Below are positions 10,278 to 19,694 of a stretch of 64,000 nucleotides of DNA, piece after piece. Source of the DNA: an uncultured Mycoplasmatota bacterium (GTDB taxonomy: Bacteria; Bacillota_I; Bacilli_A; RF39; UBA660). The notes under the pieces are model-generated. The model was not told the origin of the DNA. It saw nothing but the letters and a program-made list of their open reading frames with translations, and searched no databases. The stretch spans positions 12,036 to 76,035 of the forward strand of contig CANSRH010000003.1 in NCBI GenBank assembly GCA_947649365.1. The letters run 5' to 3'. How positions within the stretch are numbered: the stretch's first letter is position 1; each line of letters starts with the position of its first letter. A program made the position numbers and the translations under genes.

Positions 10278-12554
10278 CTAAATTTGACATTTTTTGATTT
10301 TACGAATTATTGACCTTATTTCTTCTTTTGTTTCAGCGAAAAGTTCTATTCGATAATTTTCAATTCCTAATTCTAGATATTTTTTTATGTTTTCTATATT
10401 GTCTATTTCTTCGTAATGAAATATATGTGTAAGATGGTTTTCTTTTCTTTCAGGTTTTAAAGGATAGCATTTATTGTTTCTGTCTTTTAAATAATATTTA
10501 TCGTTTCTTTGGCAAATTTTACAAACTGGTTCTTTATTTTCAAAACGACTTAGTAAACAATGTTTTAGTACCATTACCTCTGGTCTGCCATATAAAAATA
10601 GTTCCAATTTTTCTACTTCGTTTGTATTTTCTATGATTTCTTGGATGCTTTTTAAATCATTTTCAATGGATAGTGTTATTCTATTTGCACCATTTTGAAG
10701 TAAGGCATTTATATTTGCACTATTTGCTACATTGAAATAATAGTCTGTGACTAATAGGTTCTTATTTCTGTATTTGTGTAAAGACCCTGTTTCTCCAAGG
10801 AGCAATCTTTCTTTTTCGTATTCTTTAAAATTTGATTGTACTCGAGGTAATCTTAAATAGATGCTTTTGTTATTTTTGTACTTTTGGTATAACGTTTCAC
10901 TGGTTACATAAATTGTATTTACTTGTTCTTCTAAACAAGTTTTTAATTGTTCTTCGGTTCTTACTAGTACATTTAAGTTACCTTTTTTCTTTTTTTGTGT
11001 TTTTTCTTTTCGAACCTCTTTTCGTTTTTTTTCTAAAAAAGGATGAGGAATCATTGCTTCTTTTTGTTCTTGTAATTTTTGGATATTTTCTCTACGTAGT
11101 TGTTTTAGTGTACTCATTGGCAAAAATAAGTTATCGTCTTTTTTTATTTCTATTTTTTCTAGTATAAATGGAGTATCTCCTAAGCTATTTATTTTTTCTT
11201 CTATGATTTCTTTCGTTGTTCCTTGCTTGCTTGCTTTTTCTACTATTGGTCCTAGAGTAATACTTTTGTTTTTTTTGTCAAAAAATGTTATTTTTAGTGG
11301 CTTTCCTATATAAGCCTCTATTTGACAATTGATAGGTAATTTCTTTTCTTCTGTCTTTTCTAATCGTTTTACTAATTGATTATCCATCGTTTTTAAAACT
11401 TTTCCTTTTTTTGTTACCCCTATTTTGTTATCTACCAAACAAATGCTATTTTTAGGAATATGATTGGTTAGTAGTCCTTTTTCATTGTATAGGAAATTAA
11501 CTATCATTCCTTTGTCTTCTTCTAGAAATCGAATTCCATCTTCCTGATTTATGTCTTCTGTTAGTTTTATTTTTATTTTTTCTTTGGTCATGCTTCGTAC
11601 TTCTCCAAGAAGGATTCCTTGATGATTGGATGCACGACTATTCATAAGATTTTCATTGGTGTCTTTGAATAAGTGTCCTTTGGTGAACCCACGATTGTAG
11701 AGAAGCGCTAGTTCTTTTTTTTGTTGTTCTGTGATTTTAAGTTCTTTTTTTGCATTGTAATTATCGATTAAGGTACGATATAGTTTTGTTGTGAATGCAA
11801 CATAGGCAGGACTTTTCATTCTTCCTTCTATTTTTAAAGAATAGATATTGGATTCCATGATTTCTTTTATATAATCGATGGTACAAAATTCTTTTGGACT
11901 TAATAGATAATTGCCTTCTGTTTCTATTTCTTTTTCCTCTTTCATGAGTGTAAAGGGAAGACGACAGATTCCTGCACAAGCTCCTCTGTTTCCACTTCGC
12001 TCCATAAGTAAACTGCTGAATAGGCATTGTCCTGAATAGGAAATGCATAAAGCACCATGTATAAAGGCTTCTATTTCTAAATTGGTATTTAAATTTTTTA
12101 TTTCTTCTAAAGATAATTCTCTGGCAAGCACTACTCTTTTTATTCCTAATTCTTCTAATAGTTTTAATTGCTCTTTGTTATGGTTGTGCATTTGGGTGGA
12201 AGCATGGAGTTCTAAATTTGGAAATTGTTCATGAATGATTGTGATTAATCCTATGTCTTGCATAATCACCGCATCAACGTTGTTTTGATGAAGAAAACGA
12301 ATGTAATGGATACAACTTTCTATTTCTGATTCATAAATCATGGTGTTTACAGTAACATAGATTTTTACGTTGTATAAGTGACAATATTTTATGGCTTTTA
12401 TCATTTCTTCTTCTGAAAAGTTTTCTGCAAAAGCACGGGCTCCAAATTTTTTCCCTCCAAGATAAACTGCATCCGCTCCATTATGAACTGCTGCTTTTAA
12501 ACTAGCAAAGTTTCCAACAGGAGATAATAATTCTTTTTTTATCATATTTTCCAC
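10278..12554 (-). CDS. peptidase U32 family protein (collagenase-like), long form
   Basis: 758 aa; U32 N-terminal catalytic-domain motifs (GADAVYLGG..., E..HGALCISYSGQCLFS). Confidence 0.75.
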   Translation of the reverse strand: MENMIKKELLSPVGNFASLKAAVHNGADAVYLGGKKFGARAFAENFSEEEMIKAIKYCHLYNVKIYVTVNTMIYESEIESCIHYIRFLHQNNVDAVIMQDIGLITIIHEQFPNLELHASTQMHNHNKEQLKLLEELGIKRVVLARELSLEEIKNLNTNLEIEAFIHGALCISYSGQCLFSSLLMERSGNRGACAGICRLPFTLMKEEKEIETEGNYLLSPKEFCTIDYIKEIMESNIYSLKIEGRMKSPAYVAFTTKLYRTLIDNYNAKKELKITEQQKKELALLYNRGFTKGHLFKDTNENLMNSRASNHQGILLGEVRSMTKEKIKIKLTEDINQEDGIRFLEEDKGMIVNFLYNEKGLLTNHIPKNSICLVDNKIGVTKKGKVLKTMDNQLVKRLEKTEEKKLPINCQIEAYIGKPLKITFFDKKNKSITLGPIVEKASKQGTTKEIIEEKINSLGDTPFILEKIEIKKDDNLFLPMSTLKQLRRENIQKLQEQKEAMIPHPFLEKKRKEVRKEKTQKKKKGNLNVLVRTEEQLKTCLEEQVNTIYVTSETLYQKYKNNKSIYLRLPRVQSNFKEYEKERLLLGETGSLHKYRNKNLLVTDYYFNVANSANINALLQNGANRITLSIENDLKSIQEIIENTNEVEKLELFLYGRPEVMVLKHCLLSRFENKEPVCKICQRNDKYYLKDRNNKCYPLKPERKENHLTHIFHYEEIDNIENIKKYLELGIENYRIELFAETKEEIRSIIRKIKKCQI

Positions 12555-12593
12555 TTCTTTTGAAAAAATTATAACAAAAAAAGAAAGAATTTG

Positions 12594-13799
12594 CTATTTT
12601 CTTTCTTTTTCTTCTGGTTTGTCAATATTTTTATCGTACGATATATCGCTGATTTGATAAGTTCGATTTTTAGAAATGAAACTTAATAATGAGGTGGATC
12701 CCCAACCGAGTACTGCTAATATAAAGAAGTAGATGACTCCAAACATTGTAAATTTTGGTTCTGATTTGGTGAGTAAGCTTATTATACTTGCTCCTGCACT
12801 CATGCTGGTTACTATAGTCAAACTATTGATAGATTTGCTTGTAACATCCGATTTTAAACCATTGAATAGTTTTTGAGCAGAAGTGACATAAGTTTGGGTC
12901 ATATCCCATAAATACTTAATGTAATCAAGTGTATCTTTTAAAGTTTCAAAACGGTATCCAGAGATAGCTAAGAATTCTGTAAGTTCTGCATCATTTTTAG
13001 CAATTCGTTCTCGAGTTCCAATATAGGTTCCCATTTGGTTGATTCTTCCATCAATTAAATTGATTGTTTTCGCGTATCCTTCTAGTTTTCCATTGAATTT
13101 AACAATGTCTGCTCCTTTTACATTTGCTTGTTCTTTAACACGATCAATTTTCTCCCATATTACACGATGCAAATTCAAATAACGATGAAGTTGTCCTTTG
13201 AATTCACGTATAAAAATTTGTTCTTCAATGTATTTTTCAATTTTGTCTAAAGATTGTTTTTTGTTGTTGATAAAATAATATTTGTCTCCTCTTACTACAT
13301 CGTATTTCGGATTACTAAATTCAAAATATTTTTGTTTTTCTGTACGAGATAATAAAACCGATATATCGTCTTTGGTTACATTGTCACAAATGATAAAATA
13401 CGGATATACGGTTTCAATATTGGCAAGCTCTTTTGGCACAGGAGCTCCTAGACTAAATAAATAGGATAAGGCTGGTGATAGTTTATTTTCATAATAGTCT
13501 GTGACTTTATCAATGTCTGCAAACAAAGTATCTTCAGACACTTTACGATTGTTTAAGGAAATCAGTCCGTCTTCGTAAATTTTTACAGCAATGTCAAAAG
13601 CCGTAGTGAATTCGATATACTCTTCTCCTGAAACGCCATAGACAATTTTTCCTATTCCTAAATTTTTATGAAGTTCGTCTAGTTTTTCTTGTTCTAAGCC
13701 CAACTTAGAAGATTTTGCTCTTAAAAAATCATAGATTTCTGTAAGTTGCAACATGGTTCTTTGAAACCATCCACCGATATAAACATTTGTTATTTTCAT
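12594..13799 (-). CDS. hypothetical membrane protein (two C-terminal TM helices)
   Basis: 401 aa soluble domain followed by two hydrophobic helices; family not recognised. Confidence 0.4.
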   Translation of the reverse strand: MKITNVYIGGWFQRTMLQLTEIYDFLRAKSSKLGLEQEKLDELHKNLGIGKIVYGVSGEEYIEFTTAFDIAVKIYEDGLISLNNRKVSEDTLFADIDKVTDYYENKLSPALSYLFSLGAPVPKELANIETVYPYFIICDNVTKDDISVLLSRTEKQKYFEFSNPKYDVVRGDKYYFINNKKQSLDKIEKYIEEQIFIREFKGQLHRYLNLHRVIWEKIDRVKEQANVKGADIVKFNGKLEGYAKTINLIDGRINQMGTYIGTRERIAKNDAELTEFLAISGYRFETLKDTLDYIKYLWDMTQTYVTSAQKLFNGLKSDVTSKSINSLTIVTSMSAGASIISLLTKSEPKFTMFGVIYFFILAVLGWGSTSLLSFISKNRTYQISDISYDKNIDKPEEKERK

Positions 13800-13806
13800 T
13801 CTTTTG

Positions 13807-14259
13807 TCACTCCTCTTCTTTTTTTATTTCTAAGCTAAAAAATGTTGCATCATCTGCTACAAAACCAAATCTTTTATAACATTCATGAGCGGGGACGCGA
13901 AAATTCCGACTCCAAAGTTTAATTGCACAACACCCTTTTTGTTTACATATTGTTTTTACCGCTTCTAACATATGTGTTGCTATGTGGTGTCCTCTATAAT
14001 CCGGTTTTACACAAACATGATTTAGTATAGCAAAGGTATCCATTCCATCAAATATCGTTTTTATAATAGCAATCCTGGTATGAGCTATAATTTTATTGTC
14101 TACCATCCCTATTAGATAAACTTGGTTAGGGTCCTTTATCGTTTCATTAAAAATAGTTGTTGCTTTATCCAGTGATGTATTTTCATCAAAACATTCATTA
14201 CATAAATCTACTATCCCTGGGATATCCAAACTTGTAGCAAGTTTAAATTTAATTTTCAT
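13807..14259 (-). CDS. GNAT family N-acetyltransferase
   Basis: 150 aa, GNAT-like core (VKPDYRGHHIATHMLEAV). Confidence 0.6.
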   Translation of the reverse strand: MKIKFKLATSLDIPGIVDLCNECFDENTSLDKATTIFNETIKDPNQVYLIGMVDNKIIAHTRIAIIKTIFDGMDTFAILNHVCVKPDYRGHHIATHMLEAVKTICKQKGCCAIKLWSRNFRVPAHECYKRFGFVADDATFFSLEIKKEEE

Positions 14260-14331
14260 GTGATAACTCCTTTTTATTTTTCCTTATTTTAAGTGTAACA
14301 TAAGTTTTCTTTTTTTCAAATTTAAATTTAT

Positions 14332-15054
14332 TCATTTTATTTCTCTTGACGTTAAATGACTTGCTCCTGTTTGATAATTAATTTCTACTCCTTCTTGCAC
14401 ATTGTAAATATAGACATGAAATTTTATTCCTTTTCCTTTATCTTCTATCGATTGTGCTTCCATTTCTACACCACTTGCTACTAAGTTGTTTTTTTCAAAT
14501 ATGGGAGTGACACGATATAGTACATGATTGTTGGTCGTTTTTATATATTCTGCTACTTGATTTTCAAAGGGTAACATTCCTTTGGTGTTCATATCTCTTG
14601 TGCAGGTTATTAAATTATTTTTATTAGCGTTCTCTCCTGTTAATTGGTAGCCAATTAGGTGACAACGATTGTATAAGTATTTGCCGTCAATGAAGTCATA
14701 TTTTATTGTCTGCCATCCACTTGGTTTTATCATTCCTATGCTTTCTCTTTCTTCTGTTGGCATTAAATCTGTACTGATATTTGCATACGCTACTCCACAA
14801 CGATTAAGTTCATCCAATTCGCTATATTTTTCAAAAGAAGTGATCGTGAAATCTTCTTCTTTAAAGTTGGGCTCATTGTTATTTACTACTACATATGGAT
14901 CATTTTCATAAGTAGGTATTTCTTCCAAGGAATAAGAAGGTATTATTTTTTCTGGTTCTTTTTTGTTATAAATGCCTGTTACACTTATTCCTATCAGTAC
15001 TACCAAGGTAACTATTACATTTTGTGGGCTTCTTTTTTTCTTTCTTCTTGCCAT
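14332..15054 (-). CDS. membrane-anchored DNA/RNA non-specific endonuclease (EndA/NucA-like DNA-entry nuclease)
   Basis: N-terminal TM, then NRCHLIGYQLTGENANKNNLITCTRDMN resembling the active-site region of streptococcal EndA-type nucleases. Confidence 0.5.
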   Translation of the reverse strand: MARRKKKRSPQNVIVTLVVLIGISVTGIYNKKEPEKIIPSYSLEEIPTYENDPYVVVNNNEPNFKEEDFTITSFEKYSELDELNRCGVAYANISTDLMPTEERESIGMIKPSGWQTIKYDFIDGKYLYNRCHLIGYQLTGENANKNNLITCTRDMNTKGMLPFENQVAEYIKTTNNHVLYRVTPIFEKNNLVASGVEMEAQSIEDKGKGIKFHVYIYNVQEGVEINYQTGASHLTSREIK

Positions 15055-15146
15055 ATTTATTCCTTCTTTTTTCTATTTGTATTCTATCTAACTTCATTAT
15101 AACAAGAAAAAGTTTATTTCAATAAAAAAAGAAAATTTGATGACAT

Positions 15147-15620
15147 CTAATTTTCTATTTCTTTACATACATCTATCCATTCTTTATAATTTGAAGCACA
15201 TTCTAATTCTTCTAGTGTTAATTTTACAGCGCTATTTCCACTTCCACATGCAGGATAAACATAAGAAAAACGTTTTAGAGAACTATCTAAATAAACGGAA
15301 ATATTTTCTTTTATCCCAAAAGGACAAACTCCACCGACAGCATGGCCGATTTTTTCTTCTACTTCCGAAAAATTAATCATTTTTGCTTTTTCATGAAATG
15401 TTTCCTTAAATTTGGCATTGTCTATTTTTTGATCTCCTGCTGTTACAATGAGAATTGGTTTTTCTTCTACTAAAAAAGCTAACGTTTTTGCTATTTCTTT
15501 TTTTTCACAATTTAAAGCAATGGTTGCTTCTTCTACGGTTGCAGAAGAAATCGAAAATTCTCTTATTTTTTCTTCTAAATGATATTTTTTTAAATGTTCT
15601 TTTGCGTTTATAAATGACAT
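15147..15620 (-). CDS. YbaK/ProX-family aminoacyl-tRNA deacylase
   Basis: GHAVGGVCPFG motif, about 157 aa. Confidence 0.6.
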   Translation of the reverse strand: MSFINAKEHLKKYHLEEKIREFSISSATVEEATIALNCEKKEIAKTLAFLVEEKPILIVTAGDQKIDNAKFKETFHEKAKMINFSEVEEKIGHAVGGVCPFGIKENISVYLDSSLKRFSYVYPACGSGNSAVKLTLEELECASNYKEWIDVCKEIEN

Positions 15621-15669
15621 CTTTTCTCTACTTCTTTCTTTTTTTCATTTATTATAATAACACTTTTTC

Positions 15670-16062
15670 TTAAAAATTTATAGTAAACCAAAAAAAGATG
15701 CTTTCGCTTGGAATAGAACCTTTAAATACATACTTTCCACTTCCAAGTTTCGCCACAAAAAAGTTCGCGGTATCTTGGTATATACTTTCATTTAAATAAA
15801 TATCTAATGGACCACTGGATTCTTCATACGATGTATCTAAATATATTTCACTCTCTATGATATTTTTATTTATTTTGGTAGGTTTTTCACTCAATTTTTG
15901 TAAGTCTTCATTGTTATAATGAATCATAAATGAAAAAGATATGGTATTGAATAAATCATCCATTCCACTGATTGTGAAATTAATAAGTGGTATATATACT
16001 TCACCTAGTCTTTTCCCATCTTTGTATGTAACATTCATTATTGAATCAAAATAATATTCCAA
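15670..16062 (-). CDS. hypothetical protein
   Basis: 130-aa ORF, no family recognised. Confidence 0.35.
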   Translation of the reverse strand: MEYYFDSIMNVTYKDGKRLGEVYIPLINFTISGMDDLFNTISFSFMIHYNNEDLQKLSEKPTKINKNIIESEIYLDTSYEESSGPLDIYLNESIYQDTANFFVAKLGSGKYVFKGSIPSESIFFWFTINF

Positions 16063-16169
16063 ATACGCATTTTTTAAGTCTTTATTTTGGTAAGTAAATA
16101 TATTTAAAAAAGTTAAAGAGTTTATTCTAAAAACCTTGGAGGCTTCACTTCGAATTTGTCAAATTTTTT

Positions 16170-17153
16170 TTAGAAAAGCGCCAATAGTTTTGGTAAAAAT
16201 AAAAATACTCCTATTAAAAAAGTAGCGATAGCACAAACAAGAACACTTCCTGCTGCTATGTCTTTGGCAAGTTTTGCTTTTTCATTTTTTTCTGGCATTG
16301 CAATGTCAACGATTGTTTCTATTGCTGTATTTGTCATTTCACTACCAATTACTAGTGCAAAGCAAACAATACAAATCATCCATTCTATCCAAGATAATTT
16401 TAAAACAACACCAAATAAAATAACTAGACACATGATACTAATATGTATTTTCATATTTCGTTCCGTTTTAAATGCGGAAGCAATTCCTGTAAAGGCATAT
16501 TTAAAACTATTGATTAATTTTATAACGTTTGTTTTAAAAGAAAATGCTTGGTAAGCTTTGCTAAAAAGAAATAAATAGCCAATTGCACATAAGTATCCTG
16601 CTATTACATCTGATGCATAATGTACTCCTAAATAAATACGACTATACCCAATTAACAAGATAAGAAGCGTTGCACCAATTAATAATTTTCTTTTTGTTTT
16701 TTTTGATGTAAGTTGTTTGTATACTAATAAAGTTAGAAATCCATAAAAGGCTACACTTACCATTGCATGTCCTGATGGAAAACTATAACCACTTACAGAA
16801 ATAAGAGGACAAACATTGGGACGATTTCTTTTTAATATACGTTTTAGAATTTGATTTAAGAAAACTATACCACTTACATTGCAAAGGATTCCTATTTTTT
16901 GTTTTTTGTTCTTTAACAAGACAAGCAAAAAAAACGTGAGAGGAAGAATAACAAAAGAACTGCTTAAATAAGTGATTCCTTTCATACAAAATGTTAAAAT
17001 AGCATTTTTATAAAAGCTTATTCCATTGTATATAATTTTATCAATTGTATTTATTTCATTTGTAAATATTATCCTAGACAGAAATAAAAAAGCAAGAAAA
17101 CAAAGGAGTGTGATTCTTAAAAAAATCTTTTTCTTCTTTTGTTTTGTTTTCAT
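16170..17153 (-). CDS. PAP2 phosphatase / DgkA (undecaprenol or diacylglycerol kinase) fusion protein
   Basis: N-terminal half has PAP2 motifs KRILKRNRP, PSGH, SRIYLGVHYASDV; C-terminal half has prokaryotic DgkA motifs (GSEMTNTAIETIVD, DIAAGSVLV). Confidence 0.7.
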   Translation of the reverse strand: MKTKQKKKKIFLRITLLCFLAFLFLSRIIFTNEINTIDKIIYNGISFYKNAILTFCMKGITYLSSSFVILPLTFFLLVLLKNKKQKIGILCNVSGIVFLNQILKRILKRNRPNVCPLISVSGYSFPSGHAMVSVAFYGFLTLLVYKQLTSKKTKRKLLIGATLLILLIGYSRIYLGVHYASDVIAGYLCAIGYLFLFSKAYQAFSFKTNVIKLINSFKYAFTGIASAFKTERNMKIHISIMCLVILFGVVLKLSWIEWMICIVCFALVIGSEMTNTAIETIVDIAMPEKNEKAKLAKDIAAGSVLVCAIATFLIGVFLFLPKLLALF

Positions 17154-17204
17154 TGCCTTCCTCTTTTCTCTTTATTTTATTATTATGCGCTATCTAGAAG
17201 AAGC

Positions 17205-17233
17205 AATACAAAAAGAACTATTTTTTAGTTCTC
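17205..17233 (-). terminator. rho-independent terminator downstream of the J-domain gene
   Basis: AGAACTA/TAGTTCT stem, T-run on minus strand. Confidence 0.4.
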
Positions 17234-17292
17234 GCAATTTATTTACTTATACTTTTTTACTCTAAGACAAATATTTTTAAATTAAAACTTAT

Positions 17293-19665
17293 TTACATTT
17301 TTTTATTTTCAAAGTTTTCTGTATTATTATAGTAATTAATATTTTGAGCAAATTGTAAATTAGCTTGTTCTTTCATAATTTCAATATAATCTTTCTTATT
17401 TTTAATAGCTATTTGATACATAGTTTGTTCTAATTCATATTCTTCTACTTTTCTACATTCCTCTGCAGTTAGAGACCAACTTGATATATCTTTCAGTCTT
17501 TTTTGTTCTTCACTTATTGCTCTTTTCTTTTCTTCATAATATGCTATTTCTGCAAATGCTCTTACTACATCTTGTTGGATTTGAGTAGTTGCTCTCGTTC
17601 TATTATTTATTACGTATTCTTGTTTTGCTTTTTCTCCTCGTAATTCTATTCTTTTACTTACTATTTGTAGTAGTACTTGTCTATAATCTTTTTCTTCTAG
17701 TTTTTTTTCTAATTCTTCTTGTTCCTTTTTTAATCCTTCCAATTCTCCGTTAACTTCGTTTCTTCTTCTTTCTTCTTCTGTTTTTGGTTGTTTTCTACTA
17801 TTTATATATTCCTCTTGTGTTTGTTTGTTTAAAAGACTAGCATATTTCTTTTCTGATATTTTTAACATTTTTGTTAAATCATCTTGTTCTAATTCATATT
17901 CTTCTACTTTTCTACATTCCTCTTCAGTTAGAGACCAACTTGATATACCTTCCAGTCTTTCTTGCTCTTCACTTATTGCTCTTTTCTTTTCTTCATAATA
18001 TGCTATTTCTGCAAATGTTCTCACTACATCTTGTTGGATTTGAGTAGTTACTCTTGTTCTATTATTTATTACGTATTCTAGTTTTGCTTTTTCTCCTCGT
18101 AATTCTATTCTTTCACTTTCTATTTGTAGTAGTACTTGTCTATAATCTTTTTCTTCTAGTTTTTTTTCTAATTCTTCTTGTTCCTTTTTTAATCCTTCCA
18201 ATTCTCCGTTAACTTCGTTTCTTCTTCTTTCTTCTTCTGTTTTTGGTTGTTTTCTACTATTTATATATTCCTCTTGTGTTTGTTTGTTTAAAAGACTAGC
18301 ATATTTCTTTTCTGATATTTTTAACATTTTTGTTAAATCATCTTGTTCTAATTCATATTCTTCTACTTTTTTATCTTCTTCTGCAGTACTTACCCAAAAT
18401 GATATATTTTTCAGTCTTTTTTGTTCTTCGCTTATTGCTCTTTTCTTTTCTTCATAATATGCTATTTCTGCACATATTCTCACTATATCTTTCTGGATTT
18501 GAATAGTTGCTCTTGTTCTATTATTTATTATGTATTCTAGTTTTGCTTTTTCTCCTCGTAATTCTATTCTTGCACTATATAATTTTATTTTTTCATTAGA
18601 ATCTTCCGAATTGTTAATTTTTATATTTATATTATCTATTCGTTCATTAATATATTTTAAAAATACATTATTTTTTTTTAATTCTTCAAAATCAAACGGT
18701 GTTGATTGTACTAGATTATTGATAATTAATTTATATTGTTGCAAGTATTGTATAGCATCAAATTCATTGTATTCGCATGCATCTGATTTGTATTTATCTA
18801 TCTTTTCTGTATGATTCTTTGCTTTTATCAGCAATAGTTCTAATTTTTTTTGATAGGTAATTGCATCATTTATTTTATTTTCAAAAACCATTATTAACAT
18901 ATTATTGAATTCTTGCTTTAACAATTCTACTTGTTCTTGTTCGGAAATACAAAATTTTCTTATTTCCTCTATTTTTAATTGCTTTTCTACAAATTGTTTG
19001 GCTTCTACAATGTTTTTTGGAATTTCACTTATTTGACTTTGTATTTTTGCAATTATTTGTTCTAACTCCTCTAATTCTAGTTGCATAGATAACTTTTGTG
19101 CTTCTTTGTGTAAAACTTTAAATTTATTTACATGCACTTTTAATAAATTTATAAGAATCTCATAGTTTTTTTTGTATAATTCTTCATTTAAAATATCACT
19201 ATAAGCTTTTAAAACTAGATTATCAATTGCCTCAGATACTTTCTCATCAATTTGAAAAGAATTTTTCTTTTCCATTGCAAATGCTTCCTTAATAGCTTTT
19301 TTTCTAGTAGCTTCCATTTCTTCATTTGAATAATTATTGAAATTAGGAGAAGTTGTACTTTTTTTCTCTTCTTTTTTTTGGTTATTTATTTCATTATTTG
19401 TATTTGTGGTTGTATTCAATCTTTTTTTATATTCTAAATCGTATTTTTCTCTTTTTACTGGGTTTGATAAAATTTCATATGCTACATTTATTTCTACAAT
19501 TTTTTTTGGATAAACTTCTTCAAATCCCGGATGTACGTCCGGATGAAACTCTTGTACTAATTTCCGATATGTTGACTTAATTTTTTTAATATCGCTATCA
19601 TATGAAATTCCTAATAATTTGTAGTAGTCACACCACTTGATTTCCCATGATTCTTTTACTTTCAT
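17293..19665 (-). CDS. J-domain (DnaJ-like, HPD) protein with long coiled-coil and about 2.5 tandem 153-aa repeats
   Basis: N-terminus DYYKLLGISYDSDIKKIKSTYRKLVQEFHPDVHPG...AYEILSNPVKREKYD is a canonical J domain; remainder Lys/Glu-rich heptad-like; GGGGGA RBS; 29 bp downstream of the vWA gene. Confidence 0.75.
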   Translation of the reverse strand: MKVKESWEIKWCDYYKLLGISYDSDIKKIKSTYRKLVQEFHPDVHPGFEEVYPKKIVEINVAYEILSNPVKREKYDLEYKKRLNTTTNTNNEINNQKKEEKKSTTSPNFNNYSNEEMEATRKKAIKEAFAMEKKNSFQIDEKVSEAIDNLVLKAYSDILNEELYKKNYEILINLLKVHVNKFKVLHKEAQKLSMQLELEELEQIIAKIQSQISEIPKNIVEAKQFVEKQLKIEEIRKFCISEQEQVELLKQEFNNMLIMVFENKINDAITYQKKLELLLIKAKNHTEKIDKYKSDACEYNEFDAIQYLQQYKLIINNLVQSTPFDFEELKKNNVFLKYINERIDNINIKINNSEDSNEKIKLYSARIELRGEKAKLEYIINNRTRATIQIQKDIVRICAEIAYYEEKKRAISEEQKRLKNISFWVSTAEEDKKVEEYELEQDDLTKMLKISEKKYASLLNKQTQEEYINSRKQPKTEEERRRNEVNGELEGLKKEQEELEKKLEEKDYRQVLLQIESERIELRGEKAKLEYVINNRTRVTTQIQQDVVRTFAEIAYYEEKKRAISEEQERLEGISSWSLTEEECRKVEEYELEQDDLTKMLKISEKKYASLLNKQTQEEYINSRKQPKTEEERRRNEVNGELEGLKKEQEELEKKLEEKDYRQVLLQIVSKRIELRGEKAKQEYVINNRTRATTQIQQDVVRAFAEIAYYEEKKRAISEEQKRLKDISSWSLTAEECRKVEEYELEQTMYQIAIKNKKDYIEIMKEQANLQFAQNINYYNNTENFENKKM
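17425..18590. repeat. intragenic tandem repeat, period 459 bp (153 codons), about 2.5 copies
   Basis: landmark taattcatat recurs at 17431, 17890, 18349; copies about 95% identical, with a roughly 230-bp stretch apparently identical between copies A and B. Confidence 0.9.
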
Positions 19666-19694
19666 ACGATTTCCCCCTTATATAGCTTCCCTTT

